Origin: a virus | IMG/VR virus record: IMGVR_UViG_3300021375_001810 | Strand: one strand, 5' to 3' | Length of the DNA stretch: 64,000 nucleotides | Shown here: in pieces, positions 10,008-17,897 of the stretch | How positions within the stretch are numbered: the first letter of the stretch is position 1 | Layout: every line of letters begins with the position of its first letter | Translations under genes and position numbers: made by a program | The notes under the pieces: generated by a model | Seen by the model: only the letters and a program-made list of their open reading frames with translations | Databases searched by the model: none | Told to the model about the DNA's origin: nothing

Positions 10008-10015
10008 TATTTAGC
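10008..10015 (-). promoter_or_regulatory. Putative late promoter GCTAAATA for phoH
   Basis: TAAATA on minus strand ~60 nt upstream of phoH. Confidence 0.5.
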
Positions 10016-10058
10016 AATCTAACGCAAGGTAAAAATACATTGTTAACTGCTTAAAACC

Positions 10059-10066
10059 GATAAATA
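10059..10066 (+). promoter_or_regulatory. Putative late promoter GATAAATA
   Basis: Divergent from phoH; upstream of the operon containing the lysis genes. Confidence 0.6.
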
Positions 10067-10094
10067 AGTATACAAAGATATCAAGGATACCATC

Positions 10095-10616
10095 ATGCAA
10101 GACATAATGAACATTGTAAAGAACATTGACAACATCTACAACAGCAATACATCGTTTAATATTTTAAAGGATTTTGAACGTGTTTTAGATGAATTAGATC
10201 TATATGTGTATAAAAACTGGAAGGATGGCGAATTATGTGCTGGTCCTATTATAGATCGTCATTGGGTTACATGCTCATTTATGTGGGATAAAGATAACAT
10301 GCCAGATCCAATGGGCGGCAAACGTTTACTTGATTATGATTGCAAAGTATCCTACGGTAAAGACTATCTTATTCAACCACGTAAAATTAAAGTACCAGAC
10401 GATATTCGTCCTGGCACTAAGAAGGGTAAATTAGATAGAAAAGATATTTGGGTAGTAGAAATACAGATGCCTAAGAAACTTATAATAGATATTTACGGTG
10501 GTAAGTTTGCTACAGAAGAATATCAAGAAGAACCTGCTGTAGCACCAGATGTTGCACCAGCGCCGCAAGCGGCTGACGAAGCTGTACCTACGGCTCCAGA
10601 AGGAGAAACAGTATAA
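10095..10616 (+). CDS. Hypothetical phage protein
   Basis: 173-aa ORF with SD AAGGA; Pro/Ala tail. Confidence 0.7.
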   Translation: MQDIMNIVKNIDNIYNSNTSFNILKDFERVLDELDLYVYKNWKDGELCAGPIIDRHWVTCSFMWDKDNMPDPMGGKRLLDYDCKVSYGKDYLIQPRKIKVPDDIRPGTKKGKLDRKDIWVVEIQMPKKLIIDIYGGKFATEEYQEEPAVAPDVAPAPQAADEAVPTAPEGETV

Positions 10617-11332
10617 TGGGATTACAAGCAGGAGATTTAAAAAACATGATGTATGATATCTTCGAAGTTGATTCGTATGCGTCTAAAATGGGCGATGATA
10701 AAAATATTGTTACACTAAGTTTTAGTGTAATGGAAAAGGCAGCGGCAGATGACTTAATGAACTTTTTAGAAAAAGGTTATTCATTTGTGTTAGATGCAGA
10801 TGCAACACCAGGTGAGCAAAGTGACGGAACTTATAAAGTGTTTGTTGAAATGGAAAGAGACAGGGATGTCCACAATAACATTTTAGAAATCGTTGACGGC
10901 GTAAAAGAACTTTCAAACATAGATGATTTTAAATTCCGTTACTATAAAGGATTTAAATCAAAGTCAGTAACAGAAGAAGAATTAACAGCAACTATACCTA
11001 ATGATCCAGCAAACTATGGACTTAGAGTAGATGAAACAAATTTAGACAATTATAAAAACTTCTTTAGTAATAGTTTTGTTGAAAGTGTCAATTTATTAGA
11101 AAACAAATTAACAATTAAAAAAGCATTTGCAGACCCGATTAAATTTGAACTTATTGACTTTGGCGAAAGAACTGAAGTGTATTCAAATATTAAAGAAACA
11201 TTAGACATTATGGAATCGTATCCTGAAGTACTCTATTTGACAAAGTACTTAGGTGACTATAATATAAGTAAGTATGGAGACAAACTTATCTTTGAAAATA
11301 AAGATAAGGCTCTCGTTTTAAAAAGGATCTAA
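10616..11332 (+). CDS. Hypothetical phage protein
   Basis: 238-aa ORF coupled (TAATG) to previous gene. Confidence 0.7.
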   Translation: MGLQAGDLKNMMYDIFEVDSYASKMGDDKNIVTLSFSVMEKAAADDLMNFLEKGYSFVLDADATPGEQSDGTYKVFVEMERDRDVHNNILEIVDGVKELSNIDDFKFRYYKGFKSKSVTEEELTATIPNDPANYGLRVDETNLDNYKNFFSNSFVESVNLLENKLTIKKAFADPIKFELIDFGERTEVYSNIKETLDIMESYPEVLYLTKYLGDYNISKYGDKLIFENKDKALVLKRI

Positions 11333-11334
11333 AA

Positions 11335-12222
11335 ATGAGTTTTGAATTACAAAAAGAACAGTTAGCACAACTAATACCAGGTAACAACGATGTCGATTCG
11401 TGGCACGAAGCACTGGTTGCTATTATGCCCAAGTATGGTATTAATACTGTAAGACGTGCGGCACACTTTATAAGTCAGTGTGCTCATGAAAGTAACAACT
11501 TTCGTTCATTGCAAGAAAACTTAAACTATAGTGAAAAATCACTTAATGCTGTATTTGGCAGGTACTTTGGTACTGGCGTTCATCCAGCAGGACACACAAG
11601 ACGTAATGCAGCTGAGTATGCTCGCAACCCAGAAAAAATTGCAAACTATGTATACATGGATGAATTCCGTAAGTACAAAATGGGTAACGTCAATGAAGGC
11701 GACGGTTGGTTATTTAGAGGCCGTGGCTTAAAACAATTAACAGGACGCGAAAACTATACACGTTTTGGTAAAACTGTAGATATGACAGCAGAAGAAGCTG
11801 CTGAATACGTTGCAACACCTAAAGGTGCTGTTGAGTCAGCATGTTGGTTTTGGGACGCAAATAATTTAAACTCAATTGCAGACACTGATGATGTTGTAAA
11901 AATGACTAAAAAGATTAACGGTGGTAACATTGGTCTTGAGTCACGTCAGAAGCGTTATACAAAAGCAATGGAAGTATTTGGTAACCCTGTATCATTAGCA
12001 GACGATCATGGAGATGATGATTTTGATGTAGATGATATCGGCGTACTACGTAAAGGTTGCAAAGGCGAAGGTGTTAAATTAATGCAGGAAGCATTAGGCA
12101 TTGGAGCAGATGGAATCTTTGGCCCAGGAACAGAACGGGCATTAAAAGAGTGGCAGTCTAGCAAAGGCTTAGTAGTAGACGGCATTGCAGGCCCTGCAAC
12201 ACTCGGCGAACTTTTGGGGTAA
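11335..12222 (+). CDS. Endolysin: GH19 chitinase-like domain plus C-terminal peptidoglycan-binding domain
   Basis: AHFISQCAHES, FRGRGLKQLTGRENY, TKKINGG; ADGIFGPGTERALKEWQ...VDGIAGPAT. Confidence 0.9.
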   Translation: MSFELQKEQLAQLIPGNNDVDSWHEALVAIMPKYGINTVRRAAHFISQCAHESNNFRSLQENLNYSEKSLNAVFGRYFGTGVHPAGHTRRNAAEYARNPEKIANYVYMDEFRKYKMGNVNEGDGWLFRGRGLKQLTGRENYTRFGKTVDMTAEEAAEYVATPKGAVESACWFWDANNLNSIADTDDVVKMTKKINGGNIGLESRQKRYTKAMEVFGNPVSLADDHGDDDFDVDDIGVLRKGCKGEGVKLMQEALGIGADGIFGPGTERALKEWQSSKGLVVDGIAGPATLGELLG

Positions 12223-12227
12223 TAATT

Positions 12228-12455
12228 ATGTGGAAAGAACAAGTTATGCAAGTACTGGAAGGTCATTTCGGTACTAAAAAAGAGATCACTGAAACAAGTC
12301 ATTTTTTAGATGACCTAGACGGTGACGAGATTGATATAGTTGATGTAACAGTTCAAATATGTGAAAAGTTAGATATCAATATACCTGAAGAAGAAACATT
12401 TGATATAGGAACTGTACAAGAATTACTTGATGTAGTGGAGAAACACGTTGTTTAG
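12228..12455 (+). CDS. Acyl-carrier-protein-like protein lacking the phosphopantetheine serine
   Basis: FLDDLDGDEIDIVDV...LDINIPEEE...IGTVQELLD aligns with ACP (LGADSLD...IPDEE...TV) but DSL is DEI. Confidence 0.75.
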   Translation: MWKEQVMQVLEGHFGTKKEITETSHFLDDLDGDEIDIVDVTVQICEKLDINIPEEETFDIGTVQELLDVVEKHVV

Positions 12456-12933
12456 CTCTATTCGTATAGCACTTGTATTAGTGCTACTTGCATCTGCCGG
12501 TGGCGGCTATTTGTATGTTAAAAAATTACAAGGCGACCTTGATACAGCAAAAGCTAATATTATAAAACTTGAAGATGGTATCAACGAACAAAAGGCTGTA
12601 ATTGCACAACAAGAAGCAGACTTCGAAGCCATTATTAAGGTCAGAAATGATCTTGAAGATGTAAATAGAATGCTGGAGACTGCTAATAAAAACTTAAATG
12701 AAAAGTTTAATAAGTTAAATGCATCCGGTGAAAGACGTGACATTGGTGCGTTATCAACATCAAGACCAAAGTCGATAGAAAGAATTTTAAATAAAGACGA
12801 AGTTAACGAAAGACGTTGTTTTGAAATCATACAAGGTTCGGAGTTAACTGAAGAGGAACTAAATGCTACAAAAAAGTCAAAGATCAATACTGTATGTCCT
12901 GAGCTTGCTAATCCTAACTACATTCCTTACTAG
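12448..12933 (+). CDS. Inner-membrane spanin (Rz-like)
   Basis: N-terminal TM helix, long coiled coil, C-terminal Cys; overlaps lipoprotein gene. Confidence 0.7.
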   Translation: MFSSIRIALVLVLLASAGGGYLYVKKLQGDLDTAKANIIKLEDGINEQKAVIAQQEADFEAIIKVRNDLEDVNRMLETANKNLNEKFNKLNASGERRDIGALSTSRPKSIERILNKDEVNERRCFEIIQGSELTEEELNATKKSKINTVCPELANPNYIPY

Positions 12934-13258
12934 TTGTAGTACGATTCAGCCATTAGAAGTTTTTAAGACAGAAGTAGAACGACGTCCTCTTAATTTGCCT
13001 TTACCTGCACCAGCAGAACTTGAACAAGTCCGTTGGATAATAATTAATCGAGAAAATGCTGAAGAAGTATTTGCAGATTTAGAAAAGAAAAATATTGATC
13101 CTGTTATAATAGGATTAACAGATGAAGATTACGAGAACTTCAGAAAAAATTATGCACAGATCCGTGCATATATGATAAAACAAAACTCAATCATTGACGC
13201 TTACAAAGAGTACTATGAAGGTGAGCAAGATGACCAAAAGGTTGACAACAACCAATAG
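12863..13258 (+). CDS. Outer-membrane spanin lipoprotein (Rz1-like)
   Basis: Signal peptide ending in lipobox FLTSC, Pro-rich segment, overlapping i-spanin 3' end. Confidence 0.7.
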   Translation: MLQKSQRSILYVLSLLILTTFLTSCSTIQPLEVFKTEVERRPLNLPLPAPAELEQVRWIIINRENAEEVFADLEKKNIDPVIIGLTDEDYENFRKNYAQIRAYMIKQNSIIDAYKEYYEGEQDDQKVDNNQ

Positions 13259-13270
13259 TTTTGTTATAAT
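13242..13270 (+). promoter_or_regulatory. sigma70-type promoter TTGACA-N17-TATAAT
   Basis: Perfect consensus upstream of iscS. Confidence 0.8.
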
Positions 13271-13290
13271 ACATTTTTAACTAAAAATTT

Positions 13291-14508
13291 ATGAAAAGGA
13301 TATACCTAGACTACGCATCGACCACTCCATGCGATCCGAAAGTTGCTAACTTAATGGCAAAATACCTCACCTTTGAAGGAGAGTTTGGTAACCCTGCAAG
13401 TAGAAGTCATAGTTTTGGTTGGGAGGCTGATCAAGCAATTGACACAGCAAGACAACAAGTAGCAGACCTTATTGGTGCTGATCCAAGAGAAATTGTATTC
13501 ACAAGTGGTGCTACTGAAGCAGATAACCTTGCTATCAAAGGCACAGCACAATTCTACGAAACAAATGGCAAGCACATTATCACAAGTAAAATCGAACACA
13601 AGGCAGTACTTGATCCTTGCAGAGAACTTGAACGCGACGGATTTGAAGTTACATATCTTGATCCAAATGATGACGGTATAATTACAGCAGATATGGTTGC
13701 TAATGCAATCAGAGAAGATACTATACTTGTAAGTATTATGTTTATTAATAATGAACTTGGTACTCTTAACGATATAGAAGGCATTGGTAAACTATGCTTC
13801 GATAAGAAAATTACATTTCATGTAGATGCAGCTCAGGCTACAGGCAAGGTTGAAATTAACTTAGCAGAACTTCCTGTAAATTTAATGAGTTTGTCCGCAC
13901 ACAAAACATATGGTCCAAAGGGTGTAGGAGCATTGTATATCAGACGTAAACCACGTGCAAGAATAAGAGCACAAATGCACGGTGGTGGTCACGAAAGAGG
14001 CAATAGAAGTGGAACATTACCTACACATCAAATAGTAGGAATGGGCGAAGCATACAGGATTGCTAAAGAAAGATTTGAACAAGACAAGGCTCATGTAAAT
14101 ATGTTGCATGATCGCTTGTTAGAAAGAGTCAACGAAGTTGACGAAGTGTATTTAAACGGAAGTCTTAATCACAAAGTTAAAAACATTCTAAATGTTAGTT
14201 TTAATTTTATTGAAGGCGAAAGTTTGATTATGGCTTTAGAAAATGTTGCTGTTAGTAGCGGTAGTGCATGTACAAGTGCAACACTTGAACCAAGTTATGT
14301 ATTACGTGCTTTGGGCAGAGCAGACGAACTAGCACACAGCAGTATACGATTTAGTTTTGGAAGACAAACTACAATCGAAGATATTGACCAAACAGCAGAT
14401 ACATTATTAGACGTAGTTGAAAAATTAAGACAACTATCACCATTATGGGACATGTACCAAGACGGCGTTGACATGGAAGCGTTCAACTGGGACGAGTACA
14501 TGCATTAA
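13291..14508 (+). CDS. iscS: Cysteine desulfurase IscS
   Basis: [26 protein letters not shown] (PLP Lys), [15 protein letters not shown]-terminus. Confidence 0.96.
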   Translation: MKRIYLDYASTTPCDPKVANLMAKYLTFEGEFGNPASRSHSFGWEADQAIDTARQQVADLIGADPREIVFTSGATEADNLAIKGTAQFYETNGKHIITSKIEHKAVLDPCRELERDGFEVTYLDPNDDGIITADMVANAIREDTILVSIMFINNELGTLNDIEGIGKLCFDKKITFHVDAAQATGKVEINLAELPVNLMSLSAHKTYGPKGVGALYIRRKPRARIRAQMHGGGHERGNRSGTLPTHQIVGMGEAYRIAKERFEQDKAHVNMLHDRLLERVNEVDEVYLNGSLNHKVKNILNVSFNFIEGESLIMALENVAVSSGSACTSATLEPSYVLRALGRADELAHSSIRFSFGRQTTIEDIDQTADTLLDVVEKLRQLSPLWDMYQDGVDMEAFNWDEYMH

Positions 14509-14518
14509 GGAAATTATT

Positions 14519-14944
14519 ATGGCATATTCAGAAGAAGTAACAAAAAGGTTTAAAGGTGTATTATCAGATCCTGAAGGATTTAATGTAGGAAAGTTTGATC
14601 CAAAAGATCCTAAAGTAGCAACAGGAATGTCTGGAGCACCGGCTTGTGGTGACGTAATGCGTCTACAACTTAAATTAGACGAAGATGATAAAATTGAAGA
14701 TGTAGTTTTTAAAACATATGGTTGTGGAAGTGCTATAGCAAGTTCAACAATGTTTGTTGAAATGCTTAAAGGTAAAACAGTAGACGAAGCAAGACAAATT
14801 AAAGATAAAGATATTGCAGAAGCATTAGATTTGCCGCCGATCAAAATACATTGTTCTGTACTAGCAGAAGATTCAATCAAAAAAGCAATTGACGATTGGG
14901 ATAAAAAGAGAGAAATAAGACAACACAACGGAGGACCTAAATAA
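14519..14944 (+). CDS. iscU: Fe-S scaffold IscU
   Basis: GAPACGDVM, YGCGSAIAS, LPPIKIHCSVLAED; start reassigned to ATG 14519. Confidence 0.95.
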   Translation: MAYSEEVTKRFKGVLSDPEGFNVGKFDPKDPKVATGMSGAPACGDVMRLQLKLDEDDKIEDVVFKTYGCGSAIASSTMFVEMLKGKTVDEARQIKDKDIAEALDLPPIKIHCSVLAEDSIKKAIDDWDKKREIRQHNGGPK

Positions 14945-15126
14945 TGCCAGAAAAATTTAAACCATCACAAGTTATTAGAGACAAGGCCTCTGGTAAAAAG
15001 AAAACACAACACTTCTATATAAAGTCTACACCAAAGCAAGAACTTTTAGACTATTTAGATAATCATAATGCAAAGCCCAAAATAAAAACTAAAGTTAAAA
15101 AAGAACTTATTCGAAGAGGGGTATAA
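14944..15126 (+). CDS. Small basic hypothetical protein
   Basis: 60 aa, coupled to neighbours. Confidence 0.6.
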   Translation: MPEKFKPSQVIRDKASGKKKTQHFYIKSTPKQELLDYLDNHNAKPKIKTKVKKELIRRGV

Positions 15127-15404
15127 TGAACTGGTGGGATCGATTCTTAGAGTGGAGTTGGCAAAGAGAAGCCGACAGGCAATTTGCTCAGGCCCAAACA
15201 ACTATAGATGATATAGGTCACATTACTAAGCCTGCAAAAAAAGTAATTGATGTCATGGAAGATGATATCGATCCAAATGAAGTTACAATAGAGAACGCAT
15301 ACAAAACAAGATGGATATGGTATCATACAATACTAGCAATAGGTATTTTTATGACAAACATATTATTAATAGCCATTTTAACAGCATTAATTATTAAGTT
15401 ATGA
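15126..15404 (+). CDS. Hypothetical protein, C-terminal TM helix
   Basis: Hydrophobic C-terminus. Confidence 0.6.
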   Translation: MNWWDRFLEWSWQREADRQFAQAQTTIDDIGHITKPAKKVIDVMEDDIDPNEVTIENAYKTRWIWYHTILAIGIFMTNILLIAILTALIIKL

Positions 15405-15598
15405 GTATACCAGAAATAATAGGATTTAGTTTTTTATTTGTAATAGTAGCAACTGTATTGGTAATACTATCTTGGTTTATGGCAGAACTAATACACGGTA
15501 AAGGTCTTGGTACAAAAGGAATTGAAACAAAGCCTTATAGATCTAAATCAGGAAAGATTCGCACAGCGAGAAAATCTAGACAAAACCACATAGTATAG
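15401..15598 (+). CDS. Small membrane protein
   Basis: N-terminal TM, basic tail. Confidence 0.55.
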   Translation: MSIPEIIGFSFLFVIVATVLVILSWFMAELIHGKGLGTKGIETKPYRSKSGKIRTARKSRQNHIV

Positions 15599-15819
15599 TG
15601 TCTTGTCCAAACCCAACCCCAACAAAACCCAACACTATAAGAATGACTGTTGAAGTTGAAATACCTTATGACCTTGAAGTAGTACAATACGTTGATAAGG
15701 GTAAACAAAAAATTATTGATTATATTAACAGTGACAAATTTCAGTCATACGAAATGATAATAGGACCTCATAATGAAGAAAGAAAAAGTACTCCAATACG
15801 CAAATCTAGCACCAAGTGA
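15598..15819 (+). CDS. Hypothetical protein
   Basis: 73-aa ORF, GTG start; overlaps next ORF by 47 nt. Confidence 0.4.
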   Translation: MSCPNPTPTKPNTIRMTVEVEIPYDLEVVQYVDKGKQKIIDYINSDKFQSYEMIIGPHNEERKSTPIRKSSTK

Positions 15820-15943
15820 ATCTATAATAGAAAAACTAACAGAAATTCACCCAATGAAGCAAGTCTTTTGGGCTTCAATTCTTCAAATATCTGTGTTTGG
15901 GTTCATGCTTCTAGCCTTCTTTATTATAGATAAAATCAGCTAA
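15773..15943 (+). CDS. Small membrane protein (56 aa; not in ORF track)
   Basis: Hand translation MKKEKVLQYANLAPSESIIEKLTEIHPMKQVFWASILQISVFGFMLLAFFIIDKIS; AGGA upstream. Confidence 0.6.
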   Translation: MKKEKVLQYANLAPSESIIEKLTEIHPMKQVFWASILQISVFGFMLLAFFIIDKIS

Positions 15944-15978
15944 ATAATAGTACAATATAATAAACACGAGGGCACTTT

Positions 15979-16263
15979 ATGTGGGAAATGATTGAGAGAA
16001 TGGCGGACGACCGTCTATGGATTTATACAGCAATAGCCGGTAGTATATTTGGTGCATTGTTCATTGCATACATGCGTGATACTAAAATGGCATTATGGGC
16101 ATACAGTAAATGGGACTGGTTACTTGATTCTCTTAGAGACAGGTATGGATGGACTTGGTTAGATCAAGATCCTGATGCATGGAAGACGATCAATCCTAGC
16201 ATAGCAAACAAGATCGAAGAGATCGATGCTCGCTTATCTAAACTTGAGGGAAAGAAAAAATGA
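15979..16263 (+). CDS. Hypothetical membrane protein
   Basis: One TM helix; TAAATA at 15941-15946 upstream. Confidence 0.65.
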   Translation: MWEMIERMADDRLWIYTAIAGSIFGALFIAYMRDTKMALWAYSKWDWLLDSLRDRYGWTWLDQDPDAWKTINPSIANKIEEIDARLSKLEGKKK

Positions 16264-16553
16264 GTGAAGACACACAAACTAAGAAAGTTAATATTGAGCT
16301 AGAAGTAGATACTAGCACTGTAGACAGTTCTAAAAACAGATATCAAGGGCTTATTGACATGGCAAGAGCTGTTGATGCTTGGAGAATATTCCCAAGATTA
16401 TTCTTAACAGTTTATATTATTTTACTTTACAAATGTGTAATTTGGTATATGGACTTAGCGGCTCCTACTATGGAACAATCAGGTTTAATTAGTATTGTTG
16501 TTGGTGCAGGTGCAGCATGGTTTGGACTATACACCGGAACTAGCAAGAAGTAG
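16260..16553 (+). CDS. Two-TM membrane protein, possible holin
   Basis: DAWRIFPRLFL...GLISIVVGAGAAWFGLY; size and topology holin-like. Confidence 0.5.
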   Translation: MSEDTQTKKVNIELEVDTSTVDSSKNRYQGLIDMARAVDAWRIFPRLFLTVYIILLYKCVIWYMDLAAPTMEQSGLISIVVGAGAAWFGLYTGTSKK

Positions 16554-16576
16554 CTCACTAACAAATAAGTACTAGT

Positions 16577-17407
16577 ATGGACTATTATGACGTACTAGGC
16601 GTTCCTAAAGGCGCTTCTGCCCAAGAACTTAAAAAAGCATACAAGAAACAAAGTATGAAACATCACCCTGACAGAGGTGGTGACGAAGAACAGTTCAAAA
16701 AAGTTAACGAAGCATACGCAACACTTAAAGACCCTAAAAAGAGATCTGAGTACGATAATCCAAGTCCGTTTGGACAAGGTGGACAACAAGGATTTAATGG
16801 CGGACAAGGGTTTGCCGGTTTTGAAAATATTAATGATGTTTTCAATAATATGTTTAGTGGAGGATTTCAGCCTAGAGGAAACATGGACGTAACCTTAGGC
16901 ATTAAGTTAACACTAGAAGAATCTTTTAGAGGTAAAAGTTTAATTGCTAATTACCAATTAAACACAGGCAAACAAGAAACAGTTACTATTGATATTCCTA
17001 AAGGTGCAAAGGACGGCGATACAATTAGATATCAAGGACTTGGTAATGAGTTTCCTGGACGAGGTAGAGGCAATTTAAACTGTAGGGTACAAATACAACC
17101 GCATAGACTTTATAGACGTGACGGTGACAACTTGTATACTCTACACAAAGTAGATGCACTAGGCATGATTGCTGGATGTAAAACTATAGTACAAACAATA
17201 GACGGTCGTAAGTTAGAACTAAAGATACCTAAAGGCACACAGAATCAAACGACATTCAATATTACAGATAACGGCATGCCTAATATAAACACAGGTAGAC
17301 GTGGAAACTTATATATAACTATAGAAGCAGAAATATTTAAAACTGACAGTGAAGAACTACTAAAATTGATTAGAGAGATAAATGAGAAAAGAAATGAAAT
17401 TAGTTAA
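16577..17407 (+). CDS. dnaJ: DnaJ-class (type II) chaperone
   Basis: DYYDVLGV, HPD motif, G/F-rich linker, C-terminal domain, no Zn finger. Confidence 0.92.
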   Translation: MDYYDVLGVPKGASAQELKKAYKKQSMKHHPDRGGDEEQFKKVNEAYATLKDPKKRSEYDNPSPFGQGGQQGFNGGQGFAGFENINDVFNNMFSGGFQPRGNMDVTLGIKLTLEESFRGKSLIANYQLNTGKQETVTIDIPKGAKDGDTIRYQGLGNEFPGRGRGNLNCRVQIQPHRLYRRDGDNLYTLHKVDALGMIAGCKTIVQTIDGRKLELKIPKGTQNQTTFNITDNGMPNINTGRRGNLYITIEAEIFKTDSEELLKLIREINEKRNEIS

Positions 17408-17897
17408 AAGCCCAGATCCGTGGTTAGAAAAAACAGTAAAAGAGTTTGATTTTAATGTATTAGATGCTAAGTCTATTGCAGAAGAAATGATTACACTTAT
17501 GACTACAGAAGGCGGAATTGGACTTAGTGCTAACCAAGTTGCATTAGATGCTCAAATTTTAGTAATGAAACCGCACCTGTTAGAAAATAAAGAACCGTTT
17601 GCAATGATCAATCCTACAATTGAAAGTGTAACAATTAATATGGAAAATATGCCAGAAGGATGTTTAAGTTGGCCTGGGTTAATATTATCGGTAAAACGTC
17701 CTAGAGGAATCATAGTCAAATATCTTGACACAGACGCTAAAGAGTGTATAATAGAATTATACGATTTAGATGCTAGATGTTTTTTACATGAATACGATCA
17801 CTTACAAGGGATTGAATTTGTAGATAGAGTATCGAGATTAAAATTAGATTTAGCTAAGAAAAAAATGAGAAAACAGAGGAAAAAACAGTATGGTTGA
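17394..17897 (+). CDS. def: Peptide deformylase
   Basis: GIGLSANQ, EGCLS, HEYDHLQG. Confidence 0.95.
   Translation: MKLVKSPDPWLEKTVKEFDFNVLDAKSIAEEMITLMTTEGGIGLSANQVALDAQILVMKPHLLENKEPFAMINPTIESVTINMENMPEGCLSWPGLILSVKRPRGIIVKYLDTDAKECIIELYDLDARCFLHEYDHLQGIEFVDRVSRLKLDLAKKKMRKQRKKQYG

Noticed and set aside
13291-14508. IscS as DndA substitute for DNA phosphorothioation
   Set aside because: No dnd or ssp genes in the window, and it is paired with iscU.
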